64,000 nucleotides of DNA, taken from positions 1,305-65,304 of the forward strand of contig JAETQO010000018.1 of NCBI GenBank assembly GCA_021770655.1, read 5' to 3'. The stretch comes from Ruminococcus sp. GTDB taxonomy: Bacteria > Bacillota > Clostridia > Oscillospirales > Ruminococcaceae. Positions 38,457 to 48,544 of this stretch are shown piece by piece. The notes beneath the pieces are model-generated. The model was not told where the DNA came from. It saw only the letters and a program-made list of their open reading frames with translations, and searched no databases. Both the position numbers and the translations under genes were made by a program. Numbering within the stretch: the stretch's first letter is position 1; every line of letters starts with the position of its first letter.

Positions 38457-39160
38457 TGAAGGCATTGATTTTAAATTCCGGTTTAGGAAGTCGTATGGGA
38501 GATATAACAAAGAGTGTTCCTAAATGTATGAGTATTGTTAAAGACAATGAGACTATTTTGTCAAATCAAATAAGACTTTTAAAGAAATCAGGAATAGATG
38601 ATATTGTAATTACAACTGGTTCACTTGAGAATGTTTTGAAAAATTATCTTAATGAGACTTTTCCTGGGGAAAGGTTTACGTATGTTTATAACGACAAGTA
38701 TATGGATACGAATTATATTTATTCTATATTTCTTGCAAAAGATATCGTTGACGATGACATTATATTTATGCATGGTGATTTATACTTTACTTCTGAAGTG
38801 TTTGACAAGTTAATTGAAGCTAAGAACAGTTGTGTAGTGATTGATAAGAATGCTGCTTTGCCTGAAAAAGATTTTAAGGCGGTTGTGGTTGACAATAAGG
38901 TGAAGAAAATTGGAATAGAATTTTTTGAAGATGCTTATACATGTCAGCCACTATATAAATTAAAACGAGATGATTGGCATATATGGTTGAATAAAATTTC
39001 CGAATTTTGTAAGAATGGAAAAACAAAAGTATATGCTGAAAATGCTTTAAACGAAATTACCGATAAAATAAATTTATATCCGTTAGATATTCAGTCTATG
39101 TTATGCAATGAAATTGATAATCTCGAGGATTTAAAGATAATAAGAGAAAAAATTAATTAA
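38456..39160 (+). CDS. LicC/MobA-type nucleotidyltransferase (possible phosphonate cytidylyltransferase)
   Basis: MKALILNSGLGSRMGDITKSVPKCM is the N-terminal NTP-binding loop. 234 aa. Confidence 0.65.
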   Translation: MKALILNSGLGSRMGDITKSVPKCMSIVKDNETILSNQIRLLKKSGIDDIVITTGSLENVLKNYLNETFPGERFTYVYNDKYMDTNYIYSIFLAKDIVDDDIIFMHGDLYFTSEVFDKLIEAKNSCVVIDKNAALPEKDFKAVVVDNKVKKIGIEFFEDAYTCQPLYKLKRDDWHIWLNKISEFCKNGKTKVYAENALNEITDKINLYPLDIQSMLCNEIDNLEDLKIIREKIN

Positions 39161-39248
39161 TGAGAATTTATGGAATAAGGTTTTGGATATGTCGGATTGT
39201 AATTTAAACCGATGTGTCAATTACACAAACCTTGAGGAAGGAATAATT

Positions 39249-40544
39249 ATGAAAAAAGTATATTTGTGTATGAGTACAGATGTTATACATGGCGGTCATA
39301 TTAAACTTATCAATAATGCAGCTAAACTTGGTGAAGTAACAGTTGGTGTTTTAACTGATACTGTTGTAGCTAGCTATAAGCGTTTTCCTATGCTTTCATA
39401 TGAGGAAAGAGCAAATATTATATCAAATATAAAGGGCGTTGCAAATGTTGTTCCGCAAACTGATTTGAGTTACAAAGAAAATTTACTTAAATACAAACCA
39501 GATTATCTTGTTCATGGTGATGATTGGATAAACGGATTACAAAAACCAATACGAGAGGAAGCTATTCAAGTATTATCTACATATGGTGGCGAATTGAAGG
39601 AATTTCCTTATTCAGGTGAAAAAGAATATGACATGTTTGAAGCAGGCGTAAGAAAGCAGTTATCTATTCCTGATCTTAGAAGAGGAAGATTGAAAAAGCT
39701 TTTAGGTATGAAGTCGACAGTTACTGCGATTGAGGCACATAATGGACTTACGGGCCTTATAGCAGAAAACACTCAGGTTGTTGAAAACGGTAAGGCATAT
39801 CAGTTTGATGCTATGTGGGTATCAAGTCTTTGTGATTCCACAGCGAAGGGCAAGCCTGATATTGAACTTGTTGATATGTCTAGCAGAATGCGTACGATTG
39901 ATGAGATAATGGAAGTGACAACAAAACCAATTATTTTTGATGGAGATACCGGCGGATTGATTGAGCATTTTGTATATAATATCAAGACATTTGAACGTAT
40001 GGGTATTTCTGCCATAATAATTGAAGATAAAGTTGGACTGAAAAAGAATTCACTGTTTGGTAATGAAGTTGTTCAGACTCAGGATACAATTGAACATTTT
40101 TGCGAAAAAATAAAGGCAGGGAAAAAAGCTTTAAAGACAAAAGATTTTATGCTTATAGCAAGGATTGAAAGTCTTATTTTAGAGCAAGGAATGGATGACG
40201 CTCTTAACAGAGCCTTCGCATATGTTGAAGCAGGTGCAGATGGTATAATGATTCATTCCAGAAAAAGTTCTCCTGATGAGATTTTTGAATTCTGTGATAA
40301 ATTCCGTGCTAAAGATAACATTACACCGCTTGTTGTTGTACCGACGTCGTTTAATACTGTTACGGAAGATGAGTTCGCAAGAAGAAATATTAATATTGTG
40401 ATTTATGCAAATCAACTTACGAGAAGTGCCTTTCCAGCTATGAAGGAAACGGCAGAAATTATACTAAAAAATCACAGAGCTAAAGAAGCTGATGATGTAT
40501 GTATGTCATTTAAAGATATAATTCGTTTAATTCCGGAGGAGTAA
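39249..40544 (+). CDS. Cytidylyltransferase-PEP mutase fusion (Fom1-like architecture)
   Basis: N-terminal HxGH module (YLCMSTDVIHGGHIKLINNA). The C-terminal ~290 aa is an ICL/PEP-mutase-type barrel (AHNGLTGLIAE...WVSSLCDS...IIEDKVGLKKNS...ARIESLI). The ATG at 39249 follows GAGGAAGG. Confidence 0.75.
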   Translation: MKKVYLCMSTDVIHGGHIKLINNAAKLGEVTVGVLTDTVVASYKRFPMLSYEERANIISNIKGVANVVPQTDLSYKENLLKYKPDYLVHGDDWINGLQKPIREEAIQVLSTYGGELKEFPYSGEKEYDMFEAGVRKQLSIPDLRRGRLKKLLGMKSTVTAIEAHNGLTGLIAENTQVVENGKAYQFDAMWVSSLCDSTAKGKPDIELVDMSSRMRTIDEIMEVTTKPIIFDGDTGGLIEHFVYNIKTFERMGISAIIIEDKVGLKKNSLFGNEVVQTQDTIEHFCEKIKAGKKALKTKDFMLIARIESLILEQGMDDALNRAFAYVEAGADGIMIHSRKSSPDEIFEFCDKFRAKDNITPLVVVPTSFNTVTEDEFARRNINIVIYANQLTRSAFPAMKETAEIILKNHRAKEADDVCMSFKDIIRLIPEE

Positions 40545-41660
40545 ATGAAAGAACCTAAAATATATGAAGATGGAAATTGTAGTGAAATACTTTCCGAAGT
40601 ATTAAATGAAGTATCCGCAAAAAATATTTTACTTGTTTGCAGCCACTCTTTTGATTCGTTAATTATAAAAAAAGATATTGAGCTTTTAGCTGGTAAGTAT
40701 AGCTTTTTTAGATTCGGAGATTTTGCCCCCAATCCTGTATATGAATCTGTCCAAAAAGGTGTAAAGTTTTTTAAAGAAAGTAATTGTGACACGGTTCTTG
40801 CCATTGGCGGGGGGAGCGCTATAGATGTTGCAAAATGTATAAAGCTATTTTCTCATATGGAAGATAACTCTAATTACCTTGAACATAATTTTAAGGATAA
40901 TGGAGTTCCTATTGTTTGTATACCTACTACGGCTGGCACTGGTAGTGAAGCTACAAGGTATGCTGTGATTTATTATAATGGTGAAAAGCAATCAATTACA
41001 CACGAAAGTATAATACCTGATTACGCTTTGTTGATTCCTGATTTACTGGACACACTTCCGCTATATCAAAAAAAGGCAACAATGCTTGACGCACTATGTC
41101 ATTCAATTGAGTCATTTTGGTCTGTTAATTCCACTGATGAAAGTAAAAAATACTCATCACAAGCAATAAGAATGATAATTGATAATAAGAATTCTTATTT
41201 ATCAAACAATATTGACGGAAATAAGAAAATGTTAATTGCCGCAAATTTGGCTGGAAAGGCAATAAATATAACACAAACCACGGCCGGACATGCAATGTGT
41301 TATAAAATTACATCATTGTATAACATTGCTCATGGTCATGCAGCCGGATGTTGCGTTCCCTATTTATGGGAATTTATGCTGGATAATATGGGTTTTGTTA
41401 CTGATTATCGTGGGAAAGAATATTTATTAAATGTTTTTTATGAAATATCGGAATGTCTAGGGTGTGATGGTCCAACGAATGCAGTTGCTTTTTTGAAAAA
41501 AATGCTTTTTGAATTATCACTTGAAATTCCAAAAATGAAAAATGATAAGGAACTTGAACTGCTTATAAAGTCAGTGAATCCTACAAGACTAAAAAATAAT
41601 CCCATTGCATTGAATAAGGAACAAATTAAGCAAATATATACCAATATATTTGGCTTGTAA
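40545..41660 (+). CDS. Group III iron-containing alcohol dehydrogenase (candidate phosphonoacetaldehyde reductase, FomC/PhpC-like)
   Basis: VLAIGGGSAIDVAKCIK...TTAGTGSEATRYAV...H..H metal motifs. Directly abuts the mutase gene. Confidence 0.7.
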   Translation: MKEPKIYEDGNCSEILSEVLNEVSAKNILLVCSHSFDSLIIKKDIELLAGKYSFFRFGDFAPNPVYESVQKGVKFFKESNCDTVLAIGGGSAIDVAKCIKLFSHMEDNSNYLEHNFKDNGVPIVCIPTTAGTGSEATRYAVIYYNGEKQSITHESIIPDYALLIPDLLDTLPLYQKKATMLDALCHSIESFWSVNSTDESKKYSSQAIRMIIDNKNSYLSNNIDGNKKMLIAANLAGKAINITQTTAGHAMCYKITSLYNIAHGHAAGCCVPYLWEFMLDNMGFVTDYRGKEYLLNVFYEISECLGCDGPTNAVAFLKKMLFELSLEIPKMKNDKELELLIKSVNPTRLKNNPIALNKEQIKQIYTNIFGL

Positions 41661-41672
41661 ATTGGAGGAATT

Positions 41673-42659
41673 ATGGACAAGTTTTTTGTTATCAGCCATA
41701 CAGAAGGCAAGAGTGCATATTTTCAATTTGTTTGGGGAAATATTGATAGCTACGGTGCATCATATATAAAAAATCAAGCTGAGATAAAAAATAAATTTTT
41801 AAAATTCCTTTTTAGAATTCACAACTCCAGAGATATTAATAGATATTTAAATTTGCCTTTTAAAAATATTTGGAAGAAATTCTATTCATTGAAACCGGAG
41901 ATGTTGTCTCCATCAGACAGAAATTTTCTTATATTTGACAATACAATTAAATATTCTCATTCTTATCTTAAATATTTGAAAGAGCATTATAATTGCGTTA
42001 TAGTTAATATTCTTCAGGATACTTTGAAAGTATATAAATGTGGTAGAAATAAGAAAGAACTTGATAGATATATTAATCAAGCCTGTGTGGATAAGTTTTT
42101 TTCTTTTGACTTTAAAGACTGCAAAGATTTTAATTTAGAATATTATATGCTGTATTCATATTTTCCTTCTAATTTGACAAAAGGAAAGGCCGGTAAGGTA
42201 TGTTATGTAGGAAGCAATAAAAGTAAAAATCGTTTAAACCTTTTTCATAGTGTATTTAAAAAGATTCATCAAGAAGTGGAAACAGATTTTAATATGGTCG
42301 GAGTATCAGAAAGTAATCAGATATTTCCACGTGAAATAACATACAATCATACTTTAAAATATAATGAGGTTATAGAAAAGATTCAAAAAAGTGATTGTTT
42401 ATTAGATATAGTTAATGATAATCAAACAGGTATAACGTTAAGATGCTGTGAAGCAATTTGTTATAATAAAAAGCTGCTAACGAATAATCCTTTTATAAAG
42501 GAATTGTCATTCTATAATCCAGAGTATATAAAGATTTTTAATAATGCTAATGATATTGATATAGAATGGCTTAAGTCGGACATTGATGTTGATTATCATT
42601 ATAATGGTGATTTTCATCCTACAAAGTTGTTTGAAATTCTTTCTCAAACGTTTAAATAA
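41673..42659 (+). CDS. Hypothetical protein, possible non-canonical glycosyl/phosphotransferase
   Basis: 328 aa with no family I can name. The C-terminal half (VCYVGSNKSKNR...GITLRCCEAICYNKKLLTNN) looks like a Rossmann-type half domain. Confidence 0.4.
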   Translation: MDKFFVISHTEGKSAYFQFVWGNIDSYGASYIKNQAEIKNKFLKFLFRIHNSRDINRYLNLPFKNIWKKFYSLKPEMLSPSDRNFLIFDNTIKYSHSYLKYLKEHYNCVIVNILQDTLKVYKCGRNKKELDRYINQACVDKFFSFDFKDCKDFNLEYYMLYSYFPSNLTKGKAGKVCYVGSNKSKNRLNLFHSVFKKIHQEVETDFNMVGVSESNQIFPREITYNHTLKYNEVIEKIQKSDCLLDIVNDNQTGITLRCCEAICYNKKLLTNNPFIKELSFYNPEYIKIFNNANDIDIEWLKSDIDVDYHYNGDFHPTKLFEILSQTFK

Positions 42660-42678
42660 TGTAAAGGTAGATGTTATT

Positions 42679-44013
42679 ATGAACATAGAGAATATACTGA
42701 AAAAAATTGACAGATTAAATAACTCAATAAAAGTAGGCATATCAAAGATACCATTTAATGAATGTAATTTATGGATGTATAATGAAGAACTCGGTGAGAT
42801 TTGTAATCAGACAAGAAGTTTTTTTCAAATTAAGGGTTTGATTAAGAATAACAAGAATGAGAATATTATAGAGCAACCCATTATCATTCAGAATGAAATT
42901 GGTTATCTCGGTATAATCCGTAAAAAGATCAATGGTGAATTTCATTATCTTATGCAGTACAAGATTGAACCGGGAAATATAAATAAAATTCAGATTTCCC
43001 CTACTATTCAAGCAACAAAGAGTAACTTCACGCAGAAACACGGTGGAAAGAGACCAGCATATTTGGACTATTTTGTCAATGCATATAAGTATAAAATAAT
43101 TGTAGATCAAATCCAGTCAGAACAGTCTTCGAGATTCTTGGGAAAGCGAAATAGAAACATAATTATTGAGCTTGATGAAAACGAATATGTTGAAGTGCTT
43201 CCTAGTCATGAATGGATGACATTAAATCAAATCAAGGCACTTATGACTTTTGACAATTTGGTTAATATGGATACACGTACAGTATTATCCTGTTTACCGT
43301 TATCGATAATAACTTATTCTAGCAGTAATCTTAATAATTTTGAGTCGCAATTCAATGATAAAGCATTGTTTAGATCTATTACAGCGGGATGTGGAAAAAA
43401 TCTCTTGCCCGATATTTATCAGTATATAAATAATTATAAAATGTTTGATGAAAGTGAAACAAAACTGATACCGTTATTTAATTTGACAAGTTGGCATATG
43501 CAAAACAACGAATTTGTATGTGATAATCCGTATAGTTTTAAAATTGTTTTTTGTAATATTGAAATTGAGGGAAGAGAGGTCAAACAATGGTGTCAGCCTT
43601 TGTTTGAGGCAACTGGAATTGCAACTTTTGGACTTTTTACTTGTATTGATAATGGTGTGAGAATGTTTTTGATAAGATGTTGTCCCGAAATTGGCTGTTT
43701 TGACAAAATTGAAATTGGTCCTAGTGTTCAGCGTGAATACACTTCATTGGAAGAAAAGAATTCAGTAGATTTGCTGTTTGATAAAAAGGTTAAAGAAAAG
43801 TCTGGAATTATGTTTGATACGCTTCTTTCTGAAGAGGGCGGACGCTTTTACCAGGAGCAGAATCGTAATGTAATTATTGAAATTGAAAAAAATGAAATTC
43901 AATTGCCAGACGGATATTTTTGGTGTGATTATAAAACGCTTAATATTCTTGTTCAAGTTAATAATACGCTTAATATTCAACTTAGAAATCTTTTATCAGT
44001 ATTGGAGTTTTAA
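42679..44013 (+). CDS. NDP-hexose 2,3-dehydratase
   Basis: QPIIIQNEIGYLGII...YKIEPGNINKIQISPTIQATKSNFTQKHGG...DQIQSEQSSRFLGKRNRNIII, duplicated in the second half (EEGGRFYQEQNRNVIIE). The ATG at 42679 follows the upstream stop at 42659. Confidence 0.85.
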   Translation: MNIENILKKIDRLNNSIKVGISKIPFNECNLWMYNEELGEICNQTRSFFQIKGLIKNNKNENIIEQPIIIQNEIGYLGIIRKKINGEFHYLMQYKIEPGNINKIQISPTIQATKSNFTQKHGGKRPAYLDYFVNAYKYKIIVDQIQSEQSSRFLGKRNRNIIIELDENEYVEVLPSHEWMTLNQIKALMTFDNLVNMDTRTVLSCLPLSIITYSSSNLNNFESQFNDKALFRSITAGCGKNLLPDIYQYINNYKMFDESETKLIPLFNLTSWHMQNNEFVCDNPYSFKIVFCNIEIEGREVKQWCQPLFEATGIATFGLFTCIDNGVRMFLIRCCPEIGCFDKIEIGPSVQREYTSLEEKNSVDLLFDKKVKEKSGIMFDTLLSEEGGRFYQEQNRNVIIEIEKNEIQLPDGYFWCDYKTLNILVQVNNTLNIQLRNLLSVLEF

Positions 44014-44016
44014 TAT

Positions 44017-45030
44017 ATGGATAAAATTAGGATAGGAATCATATGTCCCTCGGAGATTGCATTCAGACGTTTTATGCCAGCAATTACGAAATGCACGGAT
44101 TTTGATTATGTTGGAGTTGCTGTACCTCAAGCGGATGAATGGGGAGGTGCTTTTTCAAATGAAACAAGGGAAATCGAATTGTCAAAGGCTAAAGATTTTG
44201 TTGCAAGTTATGGTGGTAAGATCTTTGCAAGCTATAATGAGTTAATAGAAAGCAATGAAATTGATGCTGTTTATCTTCCGTTGCCACCTTCACTTCATTA
44301 TAAATGGGGTAGAAAAGTTCTTGAAAACGGGAAACATCTTTTTGTTGAAAAGCCATCAACAACTTGCTATAAAGATACAGAGGAACTTGTGAAATTTGCT
44401 TTGGGGAAAGGACTTGCATTGCACGAGAATTATATGTTCCGGTTCCATAGTCAGATTGAGTACATAAAGGATTTTATTGAGAGTGGAAAAATAGGAGATA
44501 TTAGGTTATACAAAATTGCATTTGGATTTCCTAAAAGAGCGTCCAATGATTTTAGATATAACAAAATGTTGGGCGGGGGAGCCTTGCTTGATGCTGGTGG
44601 TTATACTTTCAGATTGGCATCTATTCTTTTAGGTGATACAGTAAAAGTTGTAACATCAAAATTAAATTATACAGATGAGTTTGATGTAGATTTGTTTGGA
44701 AGTGCTACTCTTGAAAATGCAGAGGGTCTTATCGCTCAGGTTTCGTTTGGTATGGATAATGCTTACAAATGTGAACTTGAGGTGTGGGGCAGTAAAGGTA
44801 CATTATTTACAAACCGTATATTGACTGCACCGGTAGGATTTGAGCCTATAATTGAATATAAAGATGGTAATAATCCTATTGAAAAAATAAGGTTGTCTGA
44901 AGATGATACATTTATGAAATCTATTATGTATTTTGAAAAATGCATATATGATCAGAAAATAAGAAACAAAAGTTATAATTCCATTTTAAAGCAAGCTGAA
45001 CTTGTTGAAAAGGTGAAAGGATGCAATTAG
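44017..45030 (+). CDS. Gfo/Idh/MocA oxidoreductase (candidate NDP-hexose 3-ketoreductase)
   Basis: IRIGIICPSEIAFRRFMPAI is a Rossmann N-terminus, followed by LFVEKP. Context immediately after the 2,3-dehydratase. Confidence 0.7.
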   Translation: MDKIRIGIICPSEIAFRRFMPAITKCTDFDYVGVAVPQADEWGGAFSNETREIELSKAKDFVASYGGKIFASYNELIESNEIDAVYLPLPPSLHYKWGRKVLENGKHLFVEKPSTTCYKDTEELVKFALGKGLALHENYMFRFHSQIEYIKDFIESGKIGDIRLYKIAFGFPKRASNDFRYNKMLGGGALLDAGGYTFRLASILLGDTVKVVTSKLNYTDEFDVDLFGSATLENAEGLIAQVSFGMDNAYKCELEVWGSKGTLFTNRILTAPVGFEPIIEYKDGNNPIEKIRLSEDDTFMKSIMYFEKCIYDQKIRNKSYNSILKQAELVEKVKGCN

Positions 45031-45031
45031 C

Positions 45032-45580
45032 ATGAAAGTTACATCATTAGAAATTCCTGAAGTAAAAGTAATAGAGCCGGATGTGTTCTCAGATTATAGA
45101 GGTTATTATATGGAATCTTATTCTCAGAGATCCTTGGCGAAATTAGGAATCAATGACATATTTGTTCAAGATAATCATTTTTATTCAATAAAAAAAGGAA
45201 CTATTAGAGGAATTCATTTTCAAAATAATCCTTATGCACAGTCAAAACTTTTAAGATGTACAAGAGGTGTTATCCTTGATGTTGCAGTAGATCTTCGAAG
45301 GAATTCGCCTACCTATAAAAAATATGTAATGGTAGAACTTTCGGCTGAAAATAAAAAGCAGATTTACATTCCTAAGGGATTTGGACACTGCGCAATGTCA
45401 TTGACAGATGACGTAGAAGGTCAATATAAGGTTGATGAGTTTTACTACCCTAAATATGATCGTGCAATAGCTTTTAATGATCCTGAGATAGGAATTGACT
45501 GGGGTACTGATCAATTTATAGTATCTGAAAAGGATAAAAAAGCTCCGTTGTTGAAAGACAGTGATGTTAATTTTTTATGA
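45032..45580 (+). CDS. dTDP-4-keto-6-deoxyhexose 3,5-epimerase (RmlC family)
   Basis: 182 aa. FSDYRGYYMESY...IRGIHFQ...KLLRCTRGVILDVAVDLR...IPKGFGHC. Confidence 0.88.
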   Translation: MKVTSLEIPEVKVIEPDVFSDYRGYYMESYSQRSLAKLGINDIFVQDNHFYSIKKGTIRGIHFQNNPYAQSKLLRCTRGVILDVAVDLRRNSPTYKKYVMVELSAENKKQIYIPKGFGHCAMSLTDDVEGQYKVDEFYYPKYDRAIAFNDPEIGIDWGTDQFIVSEKDKKAPLLKDSDVNFL

Positions 45581-45589
45581 GGTGAGTGT

Positions 45590-46492
45590 ATGCAGGTAGC
45601 GGTTGTAACGGGCGCTGGCGGCTTTATCGGGGGCGCTTTGACTCAAAAGCTTTTGTCAGATGGAATGAAGGTTTATGGTGTGGATATAAGTGCAGATTCT
45701 CTATTGCGTTTTAATTCGTATGATAATTTTGTTCCCGTGTGTATTAATCTTGAAAAAGAGAGCATATCAAGTTATTTAGATGAAAAATGTGATGTATTTT
45801 ATTATCTTGCTTGGGGTGGACAACTTGGAGGAAAGGATTTATCTGATGAAAATTTACAGGTAAAAAATATAATGACTGCTGTGAGAACTTGCCGTAGTAT
45901 GGTAAATTCATGTAACAAGTATATCTTTTGCAGTTCAAGTTATGAGTATATGAGAAGCTGTGAAAATGATGAGATTTATGTAAATATATATGGTATTGCC
46001 AAACGTTCAGCTGCTGAGATGTGTGCAGCTATCGCATTGCAGAATGGAATGAACTTTAATAAAGCTATTTTGACCAATACCTATGGTGTAGGAGATCGAT
46101 CTAAAAAAGCTGTTAATACAATAATTAATGCTATGAATAATAATATTTCGCTTACTTTGGTTGAGGGAAATAATAAAAATGATTGGGCTTATATTGATGA
46201 TACAGTTGATGGTTTGATCAATATTTTTAAAAAAGGTAAAAATCACAAAACTTATTATATAGGACATAGGGAGATATCTACCTTTAAAGAGAAAATATTG
46301 GCAATGCGTAGTTTACTGTGTCCGGAGAGAGAATTGATATTTGGAGGATATGTAGAAAATACATATGTCGATTATTCCTGTATTGATTTGGACGCGTTAT
46401 ATGATGATACGGGATTTGAATGTAAAACGGAATTTAATGAAAGTATAATAAAAACGTCTGAATGGTTAAAAAATAAAAAAGATAAGGTGTAA
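45590..46492 (+). CDS. NAD(P)-dependent SDR epimerase/reductase (candidate 4-ketoreductase)
   Basis: VAVVTGAGGFIGGAL glycine motif and YGIAK catalytic YxxxK. Confidence 0.7.
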   Translation: MQVAVVTGAGGFIGGALTQKLLSDGMKVYGVDISADSLLRFNSYDNFVPVCINLEKESISSYLDEKCDVFYYLAWGGQLGGKDLSDENLQVKNIMTAVRTCRSMVNSCNKYIFCSSSYEYMRSCENDEIYVNIYGIAKRSAAEMCAAIALQNGMNFNKAILTNTYGVGDRSKKAVNTIINAMNNNISLTLVEGNNKNDWAYIDDTVDGLINIFKKGKNHKTYYIGHREISTFKEKILAMRSLLCPERELIFGGYVENTYVDYSCIDLDALYDDTGFECKTEFNESIIKTSEWLKNKKDKV

Positions 46493-46493
46493 A

Positions 46494-47666
46494 ATGGATA
46501 AGATAATAATTGTTGGTTCTGGTTTTTCTGGAAGTATATTGGCAAGAAAGATTGCAGAAGAATTGAACAGAAAAGTTTTAATAGTAGAAAGAAGAAATCA
46601 TATTGCAGGTAATATGTTTGATGAATATGATGAAAATGGAATATTAATACAAAGATATGGCCCACATTTTATTAATACAAATAATTATGCTGTAATCAGA
46701 TTTTTGCTGAAATATTCAAAATTATTTAGGCATGATACGAAACTCCTTAGTTTTATTGATGGAAACTATGTTAGACTTCCATTTAATTTTAGAACAATGC
46801 AACAACTGGTGGGCGATGAAAAGTCAGAATATCTTTTGAAAAAAATGAGATCTGAGTATGTTGGGCGTGATAGGGTTCCGATATTCGAATTGTTGAATAA
46901 TGAAGATGAGTCAATAAGAGAATATGGTAAATTGTTGTTTGAAAAAGCATATAAGACATATACAGCAAAACAATGGGGGCTTCAACCAGAGGAAATTGAT
47001 AAAAGCGTTTTAGAACGAGTGCCAATGGCAATGAATTTCGATGAAAGATACCTCAATAAGGATTTTCAATATCTCCCTGAAAATGGTTATACTGAATTGT
47101 TTAAAAATTTATTAGAACATCCTAATATTGAAGTAAGACTTAATACAGATGCATTGCCCCACATTGAATTTGATGAAGATAACCATACTATTAAATATGA
47201 TGGGGAAAATGTTGAGCTGCTTGTTTTTACTGGTGCAATTGATGAACTTTTCAATTTAAAATATGGAAGACTTCCATATCGGTCTTTGGATATAAAGTAT
47301 GATTATTTTAATGAAGAAAAGATACTTCCCAGTGAAATAATATCATATCCTCAGGCAATTGGTTATACAAGAAAGACAGAATACAAGCAGATCACTCAAA
47401 ATGTTCCTAAGATTAATAAGACGGTTGTTGCAACTGAGTATCCGATTGAATACGATCCAGATAAAAATGTAGGGAATATACCATATTATCCTGTTTTAAC
47501 AGAGAATAGCAAAGTGGCTTATGAAAAATATTTTGCGGAATCGAAAAAATATGGTAATATTTTCCTATGCGGAAGATTAGCTGAGTTTAAATATTATAAT
47601 ATGGATATTTGTATCGAGCATGCATTAGATAAATTTGAAAAAATAAAACAAATACTGGAGGTTTAA
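46494..47666 (+). CDS. glf: UDP-galactopyranose mutase
   Basis: [17 protein letters not shown]...[29 protein letters not shown]...YTAKQWG. Confidence 0.9.
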   Translation: MDKIIIVGSGFSGSILARKIAEELNRKVLIVERRNHIAGNMFDEYDENGILIQRYGPHFINTNNYAVIRFLLKYSKLFRHDTKLLSFIDGNYVRLPFNFRTMQQLVGDEKSEYLLKKMRSEYVGRDRVPIFELLNNEDESIREYGKLLFEKAYKTYTAKQWGLQPEEIDKSVLERVPMAMNFDERYLNKDFQYLPENGYTELFKNLLEHPNIEVRLNTDALPHIEFDEDNHTIKYDGENVELLVFTGAIDELFNLKYGRLPYRSLDIKYDYFNEEKILPSEIISYPQAIGYTRKTEYKQITQNVPKINKTVVATEYPIEYDPDKNVGNIPYYPVLTENSKVAYEKYFAESKKYGNIFLCGRLAEFKYYNMDICIEHALDKFEKIKQILEV

Positions 47667-47667
47667 T

Positions 47668-48540
47668 ATGAAAGGTATTATACTTGCTGGAGGAAAAGGT
47701 ACAAGACTTTATCCAAATACCATAGTGGTTAGCAAACAACTTTTGCCAATTTATGATAAGCCACTTATCTATTATCCATTATCTGTATTGCTCCTTGCTA
47801 ATATAAGAGATATTCTTATTATTTCTACACCGGAGGATACTCCTAATTATCAAAGACTTTTGGGAGATGGTTCAAGAATAGGAATACATATTGAGTATGC
47901 AATTCAAGATTGTCCCAAAGGTTTAGCTGATGCTTTTATTATTGGAGCAAATTTTATAGGTAATGACAGCGTATGTCTCGTTCTTGGAGATAATGTGTTT
48001 TATGGACAGCATTTTTCAGGAATATTACAGCAAGCCAGAAAACAGGCAGAAATAGGTGGAGCATCAATATTTGGTTATCCAGTAAAAAATCCAAGGGAAT
48101 TTGGTGTAGTTGAATTTGATAGCAATAATAAAGTTCTTTCTATAGAAGAAAAACCTGAAAATCCGAAATCTAATTATGCTGTTCCCGGACTTTATTTTTA
48201 TGATAACGATGTTGTGGAGATAGCAAAAAATGTTAAGCCTTCGGCTAGAGGAGAAATTGAAATTACATCAGTTAATAATGTATATCTCAAAAATAGTAAA
48301 TTAGACGTAGTACTAATGGGCAGGGGGATGGCATGGCTTGATACCGGATCTCCTAAGGGAATGCATAAAGCCGGATCTTTTGTAAAAACCGTTCAGGAAA
48401 TGCAGGGATTCTATATTTCATGTATTGAAGAAATTGCATGGAGAAGAGGCTTTATTTCAACAGAACAACTTCATGAAATTGGAGAAAATCTTAAAATGAC
48501 TGACTACGGAAAGTATATTTTATCTCTTAGGGAGGAATAA
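47668..48540 (+). CDS. rfbA: Glucose-1-phosphate thymidylyltransferase
   Basis: [16 protein letters not shown]...[20 protein letters not shown]. Confidence 0.93.
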   Translation: MKGIILAGGKGTRLYPNTIVVSKQLLPIYDKPLIYYPLSVLLLANIRDILIISTPEDTPNYQRLLGDGSRIGIHIEYAIQDCPKGLADAFIIGANFIGNDSVCLVLGDNVFYGQHFSGILQQARKQAEIGGASIFGYPVKNPREFGVVEFDSNNKVLSIEEKPENPKSNYAVPGLYFYDNDVVEIAKNVKPSARGEIEITSVNNVYLKNSKLDVVLMGRGMAWLDTGSPKGMHKAGSFVKTVQEMQGFYISCIEEIAWRRGFISTEQLHEIGENLKMTDYGKYILSLREE

Positions 48541-48544
48541 TAAA

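Noticed and set aside
39183-39248. Upstream start for the cytidylyltransferase-PEP mutase ORF.
   Set aside because: The ATG at 39249 is preceded by GAGGAAGG at proper spacing and begins the conserved MKKVYLCMSTDVIHGGH nucleotidyltransferase core. The extra 22 codons have no support.
42583-42678. 96-nt N-terminal extension of the 2,3-dehydratase ORF that overlaps the preceding gene.
   Set aside because: The extension (MMLIIIIMVIFIL...) is an AT-rich read-through overlapping 41673-42659 by 77 nt. The ATG at 42679 lies just after that gene's stop and gives a normal dehydratase N-terminus.
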